From positions 1,625,122 to 1,689,121 of the forward strand of contig MU004233.1 in NCBI GenBank assembly GCA_010405405.1: DNA of 64,000 nt, in the 5' to 3' direction. The position numbers were made by a program, and so were the translations under genes. The DNA comes from Microthyrium microscopicum (lineage: Eukaryota). Below, one piece after another: positions 12,163-24,414 of the stretch (within the stretch, counting starts at the first letter, position 1; each line of letters begins with the position of its first letter). The notes beneath the pieces are model-generated. The model was given only the letters and a program-made list of their open reading frames with translations, was not told the DNA's origin and ran no database searches.

Positions 12163-13534
12163 TTTATTAAGAATAGTAACCTTTTCTTAGTCTTTAATTC
12201 CTTAAAGAATACCCTCCTTACTTAATATAATTAAATAAAAGAAGCTATATCCTATAAGGCTAATTATAGGCCCTATAATTTAATGCTATAGCTTCTTCTT
12301 ATAGTTCTAAAGCTATTCTACTACTTTATTGCTAACTATAAGTTAGACCTAGTAAAATATTAATATTTAAAGTATAGGAATAAGGAATCTAGTTAATAAG
12401 AACGTATAGAGTATTTAAATACGTTTATTAATATTATAAGGCTTTCCTATAGCTATATAATTTAATAGTAACTTTAAGATAACGCCTAGTAGACTCTAGC
12501 TAAAAGTAATATTAATCCTTATTAGTTTTATAATTAAATCTACTTTAGTAGAAGTAATATTTAATCCCCTTGCTACTCTATTAGACTCTCTTTACTATAA
12601 AATGTTCTATTAGGTATCTAGCTGCCAAATATCATTTATAGTAGTAGACGTTCTTAAGCTTAAGATACTATAAGATTATTTTTTATAATGCTAATTTAAT
12701 AACTATAAGCTTTAATAGGTTAAATTCTCTCTATATTTAAGCAAGATCCTATTTATATACTAGTAAATATTAATCTTATAGTAATAGTAGCTATAGCTAA
12801 TTAAGATTTTATAGATATTAAACTTTTAGAGGCTAAAGTTATCTAAAATTAAATAATAGAGCGCTAGCTACTACTAGATATTATAGAAGTAGTAAATCTT
12901 ATAGAATCTAGCCTTCTATGCTCTCTACTACCTAAATATTAACGAAGAGCTATAACGCTCTTAAAAAAGGTCCTTTAGATTAAAGTAGACTACTAATTAG
13001 GCTATATAGATTATAGAATTAGAACGTTATTAGGCTAAGTAAAAGCGTTATTAGGCTAAACTTAAAGAATAACTCGCTATAGCTAAAGTAGCTATTATAG
13101 CTATAATTATTATAGCCTTAATAGCTACTACTACTATTAAGATATCTATGTAAGGAGGATTTACTATAGCTACTACTATCTATATACTAATTCCTTTACT
13201 AATTAGAGGCTTAAATAAGAGAGGGAAGAGGCTTATTTAGTAATATCTTAGAGGCTCTTCTTAGTAGTAGTTTAATACTAAGAATCTACGTTAAGATTAT
13301 ATATAAATTAGTTACAAAATAAATGTAAAAGCTATAGTAGACGCTAATAGGTTAAGATCTCTCTAAAGGCCTAATTTAGCTATAAAATCTATAAATTTAG
13401 AGTTAATATTTTGTATGCGCCTTTTAAGTCTTATTTGTAATATAATAGCATAATTTTAAGTAACGTTAAAGTGCTAGTATAATACTATTATTGCTATTTA
13501 ATATCTATAATTAATTTCCTATTTAGGTTTAGCC

Positions 13535-13617
13535 TCCATAGGGTCCCTGTAGCTAGCGCTATTTAAGATCCTGTTCTTGCCATGGAATAATATGGCTGTT
13601 GCCACGTAATAATGGTC
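13535..13617 (-). repeat. Right terminal inverted repeat of the MULE
   Basis: Reverse complement of 10518-10600, followed by the TSD TAGCTGGAT. Confidence 0.95.
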
Positions 13618-14905
13618 TAGCTGGATTAGGGGTCAGGATAGGTAATCGAGCCGCAGACTAGCCCAACCAGACCAAGAGTCGAGAGATGTTTCGTGTCATA
13701 TATTGCAAGTCTCAATAGAATGAGAGACTGGCAGAGGCATCAGATGATAAGAACTCAAGAAGTGTCGAATGTATAACACGCGGAGAGGCCCTTGGCAGAA
13801 AGTTAAACACAAGCAACTTTCAATCGCGTTGAAGTTGGATCCGATGTCGTATCCGATGTCGTACCGGATCCGACAAGCCTTTGCCGATGCTAAGCGAAGC
13901 TGTAGAAAGCCATCACTTTAAGAGATGTTATGGCAGCCATCGTAATCGATGGAATCGTCGTCGAAATGGCTCAGTCGTTCTGTCCCCGAAGAGCTCACTT
14001 AACAAGGCTCGTCAGCGAATCGCTCGCGTTAGTGCAACCAAGGCCCGCAAGCTCACGCACTATGTTTCGAAAATTTCATCCACTTAAAGCACCTTAAAGT
14101 CAACTCCATGCTCTTCCGCATACCTGAATCCTGATATCACGCAGCTGCGATTACTATACACCTATGTCTGCTTGTTGTTGTTTTTAAAGTCTCGGAGCTA
14201 CCCTTGGTAGCATCACCAACCAGCAGTCAAAACTCTTGCTCTCTACTAGGAATATAGCCTTTTCTCGTCACGCAAAAGCATGCCAGGGACTTGCAGAAGC
14301 GGATGCCGGACTGGATGAGATCAATACCATAACAGGTACGGTAGCAGCACTACTTCAAGAGGTCACTTATGTAGAGTCTGGTCGAAGCGCTGGCTCCGAA
14401 ACAGACTTTTGGTGGCATGATTAAATGGAGTCCACGCCAAGAGCTTTACTATCGTGCCCAGTCTCATCGAAAGTCGAGTCTACTGCATGATCAACCTCAC
14501 TTGTGCATGTTCATGGTTATCCTCCTTGAAGGTGTGCGTTTTGTACAATCCTCCGCAAGCTAATAGCAAAAATGGCTAGATCAGCCTTTATCTGGTCCGA
14601 TACTCCATAGTGAAGTGTTCATGGTTCCTCAGCAAATAATCTTCGATGTAGCTGGGAAGCCAACCTTGAGCCGACCACAGGCTTTCCCTGTAGCATGAGG
14701 AGCTGAGATGTTCCTGACTTCAAGCGTGGTTCAGATTACCGCCGTGCAAATTGCTGCTGCTCAGTGTGCGATTGCTGGTTCTGTCAATTTGCATTGCTCC
14801 TTTCACTGTTCCCAGAGGCTCTCAACCTTTGGTCTTGCAGCTTCCTCGCATCTTCATCGCACTTGCCACTCTTGTCAGATCTGGGATTTGCATCCTTATC
14901 TCACG

Positions 14906-16992
14906 ATGTCTAATCTTCCCGACGAAGATGTTGAGAAGATTGCTAGAAGTCCGACCCTAGGCCACGAAACAGACCCCGATATGGACTACCAGTCAGAAAA
15001 TGCTCGACGTGAAAGCGACAGCACAACACAGTACCATGAAAGCTTCTTCGGAGCTTTCAAGCTCGACAGCTTCAAACGCAACCCAAATGCCAAAGTCGCC
15101 ACTCTGGCGATGGACTCGGAGGGTAAACCTCTCCCTGACCAGCCACCAGCTGAGCCGGCGCTGGCTATGAAATTGACGCAGCGACATTTACAGATGATTG
15201 CAATCGGTGGCAGTATTGGTCAGTCAAGAAATCACGCTGAATTGCTAGTGAAGCACGCGACCTGACATCTGGAATAGGTACTGGACTTTTCGTTGGTTCA
15301 GGGACCGCTTTGGCAACTGGTGGTCCTGCCTCTCTGGTAATCGCATATAGCATTATTGGGGTTATGTTGTATACCGTCGTTCACGCGCTTGGTGAACTTG
15401 CGGTCGCTTTCCCGGTCGCCGGTGCTTTCTCAGTATACAGCTCGCGTTTCATCGAACCCGCATGGGGGTTTGCCATGGGCTGGAATTATGCTCTCGCCTG
15501 GCTCATCACATTTCCACTGGAACTTACTGCAGCTTCGATAACTTTGTCGTTCTGGCCTGGTGCCAAATATGTCAGTCCAGCTGCGTTTGTTATCATATTC
15601 TGGGCCGTTGTGGTAATGATCAACCTGTTCGGTGTGAAAGGTAAGAGTACTAGACTGGAAATGGTTGAAAATGCTTACAATATCAGGATACGGCGAAGCC
15701 GAGGTTGTGTTTTCCATAATAAAGGTTGTCGCAGTTATCGGATTCATCATTCTTGGTATTATCATTGCCGCCGGAGGTATCCCAGGCTCCCCTCAAGGTT
15801 ATATAGGAGCGCATTACTGGTATGACCCAGGCGCATTCCACAATGGCTTCAAAGGTCTATGCTCTGTATTTGTTACGGCTGCTTTTGTGAGTCTTGGCTA
15901 GCTCTGCGGGACAAGTTTATGCATCACTAACATGTACGATAGTCATTCGCCGGAACAGAACTCGTTGGTCTTACTGCGGCCGAAACGGAAAATCCACGTA
16001 TATCTCTGCCCACCGCTGTCAAACAAGTCTTCTGGCGTATCACACTCTTCTACATCGTCAGCTTAACGATCGTCGGCTGTCTCGTCCCATACAATAATGA
16101 ACAACTACTGAATGGCAGTGGAGCCACCGATACCAATGCTTCACCATTCGTCATTGCAGTAAATAATGCCGGAATTGCCGCAATTCCATCGATCATGAAC
16201 GCTGTTGTTCTCATCGCTGTGCTCTCCGTCGGAAACTCTTCAATATACGGATCTTCTCGTACTCTCGCAGCCTTGGCCGATCGAGGGCAGGCCCCGAAAA
16301 TCCTTGGCTATGTCGACCGTACTGGACGTCCACTCGTTGCTATTATCTTCGCCTCTGCCATTGGTCTCCTTTGCTTCATCGTTGCCGCTGGTGACGCGAT
16401 TACAGTTCTAGCATTCAGGTGGATGCTTGCCATCAGTGGTCTGTCCTGCATAGTAACTTGGGCCAGCATTTGTTTCTGTCATATTCGATTCCGCTCAGCC
16501 TGGAAGCACAATGGCCACACACTTGATGAGCTGGCGTTCAGAAGCCAAGCTGGTCTGATTGGGTCGTATATTGGACTGTAAGTGCAGTTGCCGGAATTTG
16601 AAAATTCAAAGCTAATGTGGTACATAGCGCTCTCAATGCCTTGATTTTAATCGCTCAGTTCTGGACCGGCTTTGCTCCAGTCGGATACGCTGAGATGACA
16701 ACCACCGCACGCGTAGCATCGTGGTTCGAATCTTACCTTTCCGCCGTCGTCATTATGATTACGTACCTCATGTTCAAGTTCATCAGAAAGTCGAAATACA
16801 AGCATATCTCGGAAATTGATATCACGTCCGGACGAAGAGAGATGGACATCTCAGCTATCCTAGCAGAGGAGAGAGCACTACAGGTAAATATTCCTCCGAT
16901 AATAGCCCCAAAGTTCCTTGCTTGTCATAAACTAACTGTCTTTCCAGGCCAAATGGCCGCGATGGAAGAAGATCTACCACTTCTTCTGTTAG
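14906..16992 (+). CDS. Amino-acid permease (YAT/APC family, Gap1-like); multiple introns
   Basis: LTQRHLQMIAIGGSIGTGLFVGSG, ALGELAV.FPV.GAF, GFAMGWNY, FAGTELVGL.AAE, SPFVIA; C-terminal WKKIYHFFC. Confidence 0.93.
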
Positions 16993-17709
16993 ATCTGCGA
17001 TGACGAGATGATAGAGTTGGCCATTCTTTTGATGCTTAGGAATAGGATTCCGTACCAAGTCTAATCCATGTTGGGATCGAAGAAATTTCTATGTCAGTAC
17101 TCGGGAGCATATTTCTGGCTGATCGTTATTCCTTACCCACGCACCCCTATGTTTCACCTCTCCACCTATGAATCCTCTAACTACCCTATCATTCTCCATC
17201 ATCGATTTATATTGCTTAGAATGACGGTTTATGACTGCTCCAATAGAGAAGCGAGACACGCACATTCGAAAGATCCATTTGCATGCTATTATAAAGGAAA
17301 GCATAGTGCCTAGATTGAACACTACATTGTCGCGCGCCAGTCACTTGATGCCTCATAAATCACTGTCTGTCTCTCATGCACTAATAGCGACTCACTAAGC
17401 GATCAGGTTCGTACGCTGATTTAGCATACTGACATTCCATATATGACCTTGAGACTCTCGAACCAGCCAGTACCAAAACTCTACATATCTAACTGAGAAA
17501 CGTCGCATAGGGAAGCAATATGGCCACTAACAGGACACCCATTATCATATTCGAATATGCTAAGCCTCCAAAACCATCCTGGCATGCAGGTTGAATAGTC
17601 ATATCAATACATTGATTGGTAAATAACACACTGCTATTCGCGTGGAGCCCAAGCCTTCAACATTCCGGGGTATGTTGACCTTTCTTCTCACTCAAGCAAT
17701 AACAACACT

Positions 17710-18047
17710 CTAGTTCTTGAGGCAACGGCTAGGGCGATCGAGGCATCGCTCGATGCCGTTGACGATTCCTCCAAAAGCATCTCTGGTGCCTCCGATGATT
17801 CCACCGATAGCGCTTCCGAGACCAGTGCCTCGTCCACCATCACGATAGCCATCTAATCTCATTAGCTTCGAACACTGTCAGACTTGGGTTAGATTGGCTA
17901 CCTCTGCCTCCATCACGATAGCCATCTATATTTTGTTAGCTTACTAGCATAGCGAAGTTGAGTGTGGGGATGTTTACCTCTGCCTCCACGATGTTGTGGG
18001 GCGGCGAGTGCCAGAGACGCAAATAGGATGAGATATTTGGCGTGCAT
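17710..18047 (-). CDS. Small secreted Gly/Arg-rich peptide, 78 aa, 3 exons (18047-17978, 17925-17902, 17852-17710)
   Basis: Spliced product MHAKYLILFASLALAAPQHRGGRDGYRDGGRDGYRDGGRGTGLGSAIGGIIGGTRDAFGGIVNGIERCLDRPSRCLKN*. Both introns are GT..GCTAA(C/T)..AG and preserve the frame. Signal peptide present; TATA-like TATAAAG near 18155. Absent from the ORF track. Confidence 0.85.
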
Positions 18048-19902
18048 TTTGAAATGAGTGTCGCAAAAAGTTAAAGGAATGTAATTTTGTCAATGGTTCG
18101 AAGATGTCTGACTTGAATCAATTCGATGCCAAACCTGCAGACTTATGCGACTTTATATCTTGCAATTGAGGAGATCTACAAAAAGAACTGGGGCTAATTT
18201 TGTCTCAAAGCCAGCCATATGTTCGTCCGTAGCGTGCAATTAGCTTTTGTGCGAAATCTTATAACAGCTGATATTGGGAATTGGGGTCGAAAACTCTGTC
18301 TTGCTTTGGATCGCGTCCCTATCGGATAGCAACTAGGATCGCTGATTGGTCTTTGAGATTGTTGTAGTGCGTTACGAGTTGAAATTATATGAGGTGTTCG
18401 CTATAGGTAATATATGATATATGCGCGTTCGATGAAAGCCAAGAAAGGACCGAGTTTTGATCGTCGTGTACTCTTTGATTATTTCTTGACATTTGACAGG
18501 TCGCACTAAGCGGGAGATCTAGGTTCGCAATCGAACCATGCTCTATTTTTGTCGTTCATTGATAGTATCTTCCTGTATTTTGAGGGCAGATTTCAAGGGC
18601 AAAAGCTGGAAGAGACTCGTCATTTAAGGTATCTAAGAATGACTAGAGCTATACACTCAACAGAAAGCTCAAGTGCGGAACGATATAGTTATGTCTAGTT
18701 TTCTCGAAATTGGGAAAGAACCATAATGCTCTGTCTTGGGGCTTTTGGCCACCTGATCATGATTGATGGAACCGACAAAAGAGCGAGCGAATACAATACT
18801 GTGCAAAGTGAACGGTATCATTTCGCCCCAGTTTTACTGTATACACCAGAGGAACATAATCCTACATGGGGGCCACGACAATGTCAAAACGGACGGAGAT
18901 CAAATGCACTGTTTGTAGCAACTTCGATCGCTGTGTACTGAACCAGGTTGAACCTGTAGATTTTTTGAAGACATAAATGAGAGATGACCTGGACACAATC
19001 TAGATCGCAGTCAAATACAATCGTATAATGATATTTATAGCTCAATATCCAACAATTTCTGTTACATCTAATGCAGCCAAGGTACCTTGGGAGCTTCAAC
19101 GAATGGGCAACATTCCGATGTATATGAAAGCTGCCCTACTATAAGACGACTATTATAGGACATCAAGCTTTGGGCCAAAGTCTATTTGGCGTTGGGAATA
19201 TTGGCTTGAGAACAAGAAAGAGCTAAAATTATCATAGCTATAAGGTGTTATATACTGCATTTCGGCACAGCTACGCAACTTACTCCATCTAGACAAGTTG
19301 ATCACTCGAAAGCTCAACTAGGTATCTAGTTGACATATGGTTACGGAGGAAATCTAAGATTGATGGACTTCATCCATCCCGCAAAACCTGGTTATCCTGT
19401 ATCCCAGATTCATAATCTGAACACGCAAGAAGAATTGGAAATAATCGAGATATCCTGAGCGTTGGGGTGTGGTTAGGATTCAACTTCATTAATTGGCTCC
19501 TTCAAATTGTACTAAAGAAGTACTTGGTCGATCTAGCCAAATTGCTGATCAGTACACAGCTGTCAAGCAAGAAGATACTCCACGATTAGTAGCGAGGCCT
19601 CAAACATATGGTTCTCCATAGCTTGCTATCAAAGACATTCGGAAAAAGAATGGCTGGAATGTCAAAAATCATGGTGGCGCAAAGTATAAAAGTGGCTGAA
19701 GCATAAAAAAATGACGTAGGCTGTGTGACTTCATTGACATTTTCCCCATGATGCAGGTACCGAGTTTTGCACCATGCCATTTAGTTTCCCATAACAATCC
19801 TCGTGCCTTACTCAACCTCCTTCATCCTACAATACCATTGATATAATCTCTCCCTCCACCACTACCCAACACTCAATTCATCAGCAATTGAGACTCGTGA
19901 CC

Positions 19903-21223
19903 ATGTTTGCCTCAAGGAATGCTGCACGATCCACGCGGATGCTCCAGCGCTCGCAACCATTGAGAAGCCAAAGAGTCCCTCGACGATTTCAATCAACAAA
20001 CATCTCCTCCTCATCTACTTCCTCTTCCTCGAGCCATGCTTTGATCGGCGGTGTTGCTGGAGGAGCTGTGGCACTTGGCGGCTGCTATGCCTGGTACCAT
20101 TTCTCCGGCGCCAAAACACTCGTCAACGCCGCCCATGAAACCAAAGATTATTTCCAAACAGCTCAAAAACGTCTGACCGAGCAGGCGCCCAACCCTAACG
20201 AAGCGCTTCGCTGGTTACGTCAGGTGTCGACTTACTATGCCGGATTTATCCCTGGTGCGAGTGGAGTCGTCAATTCTACCATGGATGACTTGGACAAAGT
20301 TCACGAGAAGCATAAAGATGAGGTCGACAAAATCATTCAAGACGCGTATACCGATCTTCAGAAGGTTAGCGAGAAGGGCATGAATATGGCTGCGGCGACA
20401 CAGGCTTGGGAGGTTCTACAGACTCACATGAAGCGGATTGGCGAGTTGGCTGTCGATGCATCCCAGGACATTCTAAACAATCATCCTGAGATCAAGAAGA
20501 AGGTTGGCGGCAGCTTTGATCAGTTGAAGGACATGGGAGATAAGTTTGGACCCGAGGCGAAGAAGCAAGTAGACGAAACTTGGGAGCAGGTCAAAGACAT
20601 CGCCAAGACTGGTGTCAGCAGTGAAAATATTGGGAAAATCCGCAAACTCGTGGATGAAAAGGTCCAGGCTTTGCAAAAGATGGGCGACGAGGCGTGGAAG
20701 AAAGGACTAGTAAGTCTTTAATACTCCCTGAAACATGGTTTGGCTATCAGCTGCGATGGTCATGCTGTTTCGCGTTTCGTTTTATTCAACTGACCTCTTG
20801 TAGGAAAAGGCAAAGCCATATCTGGACAAGAATCCCAAGATCAAGGAGCTCGTTGAGAAGAACGCAGACTCTCTAAAGCAAGGCAACGTTGGAGAGTTGT
20901 ACGAGAAAGTCAAGAGCGCTGTAGAATCCGGTGACACTAGCGACCTTGAAGGATACGTCAAAGATGCGACCAGCAAAGCAAAAGATGCTGCTGGCAAGGC
21001 GAAAGAGAGTGGCATGGGAGGTTTCGATCAGCTTCTAAAGAAGATCCCAGGTGGTGATCAGGTTCTCCCACAGATACAGAACCTTCAAGAGATTGCCGAA
21101 AAGCACGGAGACGATGCAAAGAAGCTGCTTGATGAGACTATCAAGGAGCTTTCGCAGGTTCTGAACAACAAAGTTGAAAAGGCCAAGGATATCGCTAAAG
21201 AGGCGGAGAAGAAGGCGAAGTAA
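19903..21223 (+). CDS. Helical apolipoprotein/LEA-like protein with predicted mitochondrial presequence and one TM helix; intron 20710-20803
   Basis: Arg/Ser-rich N-terminus (MFASRNAARSTR...RRFQST), hydrophobic ALIGGVAGGAVALGGCYAWYHFSG, then K/E/D/Q-rich amphipathic helices; GTAAGT..CTGAC..TAG intron. Confidence 0.75.
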
Positions 21224-21930
21224 AGGCCAAGCATGAAAGTTCTATACTACCTAATAAGTAGCTAATGTAAACGAATGTACTCACTAATAATTCATCAATC
21301 TCTCTATACATCAGTGACTAAGTCATGTGGGAAGTATAGGGTAGCTTGATGGTGAGGTTGTGGTTCCTGATCTTGTAGAGTATGCCCAACATCGAGTGTT
21401 GCCAGGCGCGGCAATCCATACTTATCTTGATGATCGGAAAACCTCGAAGTTGGTATCAAGAGACAGTCTAGTAAAGTCTTTGTCTTTTGGCAACTTAAAT
21501 GACTGGTTTAGGAATACAATAAAATTACTCCTAATGACATCCATTTCCCCGAGTCGACTTTGAGAACCGCAATTCGACCTTCCTTATCGCCGCGTTCGCT
21601 GAGCAGCGCATCAAATACTACCACCTAACTTCGAAACCTTTATGCTCTTTCTAAACAAAGCGGTGTCAACGTGTTGCGTAGATGCTTCAAATCGCGGTTA
21701 CTACCTGAGTCATCAGTGGTAACGACCCTTATTTTGTTCAAATGCTCTTACCGCATTTGGGTCACCGTATTCATGGATCCTCTATAAGAATCTCCCATTT
21801 CCCATACTATTCTACTTTTGAGAAAACACGATATTCTAACTCGGAATCCCCTTATTCTAACTCGAGCTATCATCAATCACTGTAAACTCCACCCCCGATT
21901 CTACTCCACCAACATCCCCCTTACATCATC

Positions 21931-22599
21931 ATGAAGAAGGGAGGAAAGAAAGCTCAGGCTCAAAACCAAACGCAGAAAAGCCAGAAGCAATCCATACCAC
22001 AAGATGCAGAGCTGTCAAACTCCACTGAGGCACTACGACAAGCAATCTTCTTCTTCCACGCTGAAGGCGCCTTCGGTGAACTCTGCCAATGGTGGATGGG
22101 CACCTTCACCTGTCCACACAACCACTTCGACTATCTCTTCCCCGACGACCCCGAAGACAAGCCCAAAAACCTCGAAAAAGTGAAAGAACTCGGCGAAACG
22201 TTCGAATTCAGCTGCGCAGAACAATACATGATGCTCTGCAAAGCACTATTCTTCGAAGACTTCATCACAGCCCGCGAAGTCCTAGAAACAGACAATCCGC
22301 GCGAACAAAAAGGGCTCGGGCGACAGGTACGTGGCTTCGACGATAAGAAGTGGTCAACGATTCGGTCGACGGTCGTAGAGAATGCGAGTGTGGAGAAGTT
22401 CACGCAGTGTAAGGCTGCAGGGGAAGTGTTGCTAGGTACGGGGGAGAAGGATCTAGTGGAGGCCAGTCCATTTGACAGGGTTTGGGGTATTGGATTCAAG
22501 GCTGAGGTAGCGAAGGATATAGATAGGAGTAAATGGGGCATGAATTTACTGGGGAAGGCGTTGATGGTTGCTAGGACGAGATTGAGGGAGAAGGTGTAG
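21931..22599 (+). CDS. NADAR (YbiA-like) family N-glycosidase
   Basis: FSCAEQYMM.CKALFF.D, P.EQKGLGRQV.GFD, KF.Q, LLGTG...LVEASPFDRVWGIG, WG.NLLGKALM. Confidence 0.93.
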   Translation: MKKGGKKAQAQNQTQKSQKQSIPQDAELSNSTEALRQAIFFFHAEGAFGELCQWWMGTFTCPHNHFDYLFPDDPEDKPKNLEKVKELGETFEFSCAEQYMMLCKALFFEDFITAREVLETDNPREQKGLGRQVRGFDDKKWSTIRSTVVENASVEKFTQCKAAGEVLLGTGEKDLVEASPFDRVWGIGFKAEVAKDIDRSKWGMNLLGKALMVARTRLREKV

Positions 22600-22659
22600 T
22601 TTGTGGAGCATAGGGTCTTGATTATAACATTCTTTAGCATTTCTTGATGTTTTTCTTGT

Positions 22660-24414
22660 CTATTGTGACTTCTCGTCTTCGAAAAAGGCTAGTTGTACAC
22701 CGCTACCTGGTTGTAGAACAATGTCAGCTTTGAGCATAGGGGGCTCTGACATGCGGTTCTGTATGGAAGAATAGCGCTGCAATATTCTTGTGATGGTATA
22801 CCCCATTTCTGTAAGCGCAAATTGCTGGCCGATACAAATCCTTGGACCGCCGTTGAATGGAACGTATCTGATAAAGTTAGTCATTCTCTTAGAGCTCAGT
22901 GACTAAAAAACTTACGTCCAGGCCTTGGGGGTCCAATTGTCCCAACGTTCCGGAACAAATTCTTCGATAGGCGGGAAGCCTGACTCGACTGAAGGATAAA
23001 TATCCTCGCGATGCTGCATCAAGTATGTAGAGTAGCCGACTGGGGTTCCTTCGAGGATGCCGATAGGTTGTAATCCATCTGCTCCTCCTCCGTGTGGTAG
23101 TGTTGTATCTTTGAGGGCAACTCGGACGTTGAATGGCACGATTGGATATATTCTCAAGATTTCATTGAGGCAATGCTGTTCAGAGTTAGGAATTTGAACT
23201 GGGCTTACCAGATGTAGAACTTACCTGCATGTATTTCATAGACTTGAGGTCTTCATAACTTGGCTCATTCGTAGGTCCAACACGAGACATAATCTCGGCT
23301 CGAAGCTTCTTGACAACTTCAGGCTTCAAAGAAAGCTCATAGAACAACCACGAAAGTGTGCAAGCAGTAGTATCTCTCCCTGCTAAGAGAATAGCAACGA
23401 GTTGGTCTCGAAGCACTTTTCTCTCTCGCGTATATCCAGCTATAGCATGTAAAAACGTATAGCCCTCGTCTGACTTTGTTCGCTTCTCCAACTCATCCGC
23501 GCTCAGAGCGAGTGCTGATTCAATGAAAGGTTCGACAAAGTCATTCATCACTTTCAAATTTTGTTTAAACTTGCGACGCGGTATCATCCAGTTCAAATCG
23601 TTGACTCTGACAATCATACTTTGTGTATGTTGAACATCATTGAAGGCTTCTGCGAATTGAGTTTGCGGATGGCTCAAGCTCTCTACACTGCGACCCAACA
23701 GGAAATCTGTCGATGCGTCCAGAGTAAATCTGAAAAAGAGGTCGAGAACATCTACGGTCTTTCCGCTTCCAGCACCAAGGAGTGGTACCAAGAGTTTGGA
23801 GTGTCTTTCGAATATCTGAATATCGCTCAGACGATCTTTGATGAATTGTGGTCTGATAAGTTGCCGTGAGTTGTGCCAAATTTCACCATCTGTTGTGAAG
23901 ATGCTATCGCCTAGAAAATCATGGAAATCCTCGTTGAACTTCGGGCCTTTGCCATAATCGTTGAATTGTGTTGCTAATATTGCTTTGATGTTCTCATGGT
24001 CCGCAGTCATGACAATTCGTTGGCCGGCTAGGAATCCGTCAGCGATGTTATCTAAAATGATACTGGATCAATCTTACCAACTTGAAATTCTACTGTATAA
24101 GGATGGTTCTTGTTGCCAAACTTTTTCATAACTGTTTCACAGAACCATTAGCTTGTTGTACTGAACATCAAGGGAAAAAACTTACTCCAACCAATATGCT
24201 CAACAGTCTCATTTCGTAGTAGCGACATCAAGCTCGAATATGCTATGTCGAGTCCGAATGGGAGCCATCCTTTTCTCATGGGAGCTCTACCTCCTAGTCG
24301 ACGTATTTTTGAGTCTTTGCGCACCTTTTTCACAAAGTCATATACCACAAATGCGCCCAGTGTGACCAGCGCCCACTGGACAAAGGTGAAGCTCTTGATA
24401 ACTTCTTCAATCAT
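22660..24414 (-). CDS. Cytochrome P450, CYP52-like (alkane/fatty-acid hydroxylase clan); multiple introns
   Basis: [33 protein letters not shown] (I helix), [24 protein letters not shown] (heme Cys). Confidence 0.95.

Larger units (their letters stand above)
10518..13617 (+). mobile_element. Mutator-like (MULE) DNA transposon, full length, heavily RIP-mutated
   Basis: 83-bp TIRs (10518-10600 and 13535-13617, 4 transition mismatches), exact 9-bp TSD TAGCTGGAT (10509-10517 and 13618-13626), extremely AT/TpA-rich interior, MULE transposase motifs readable after reversing C>T/G>A changes. Confidence 0.95.

Noticed and set aside
10600..13535. AT-rich block as centromere, organellar insert or horizontally transferred DNA
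   Set aside because: It is bounded exactly by TIRs and a TSD, is TpA-saturated and contains MULE motifs; RIP explains it.
21563..21700. Possible third hairpin containing AGCAGCGC
   Set aside because: Only about 11 of 13 bp of terminal complementarity, and the motif is in a different position; compatible with chance.
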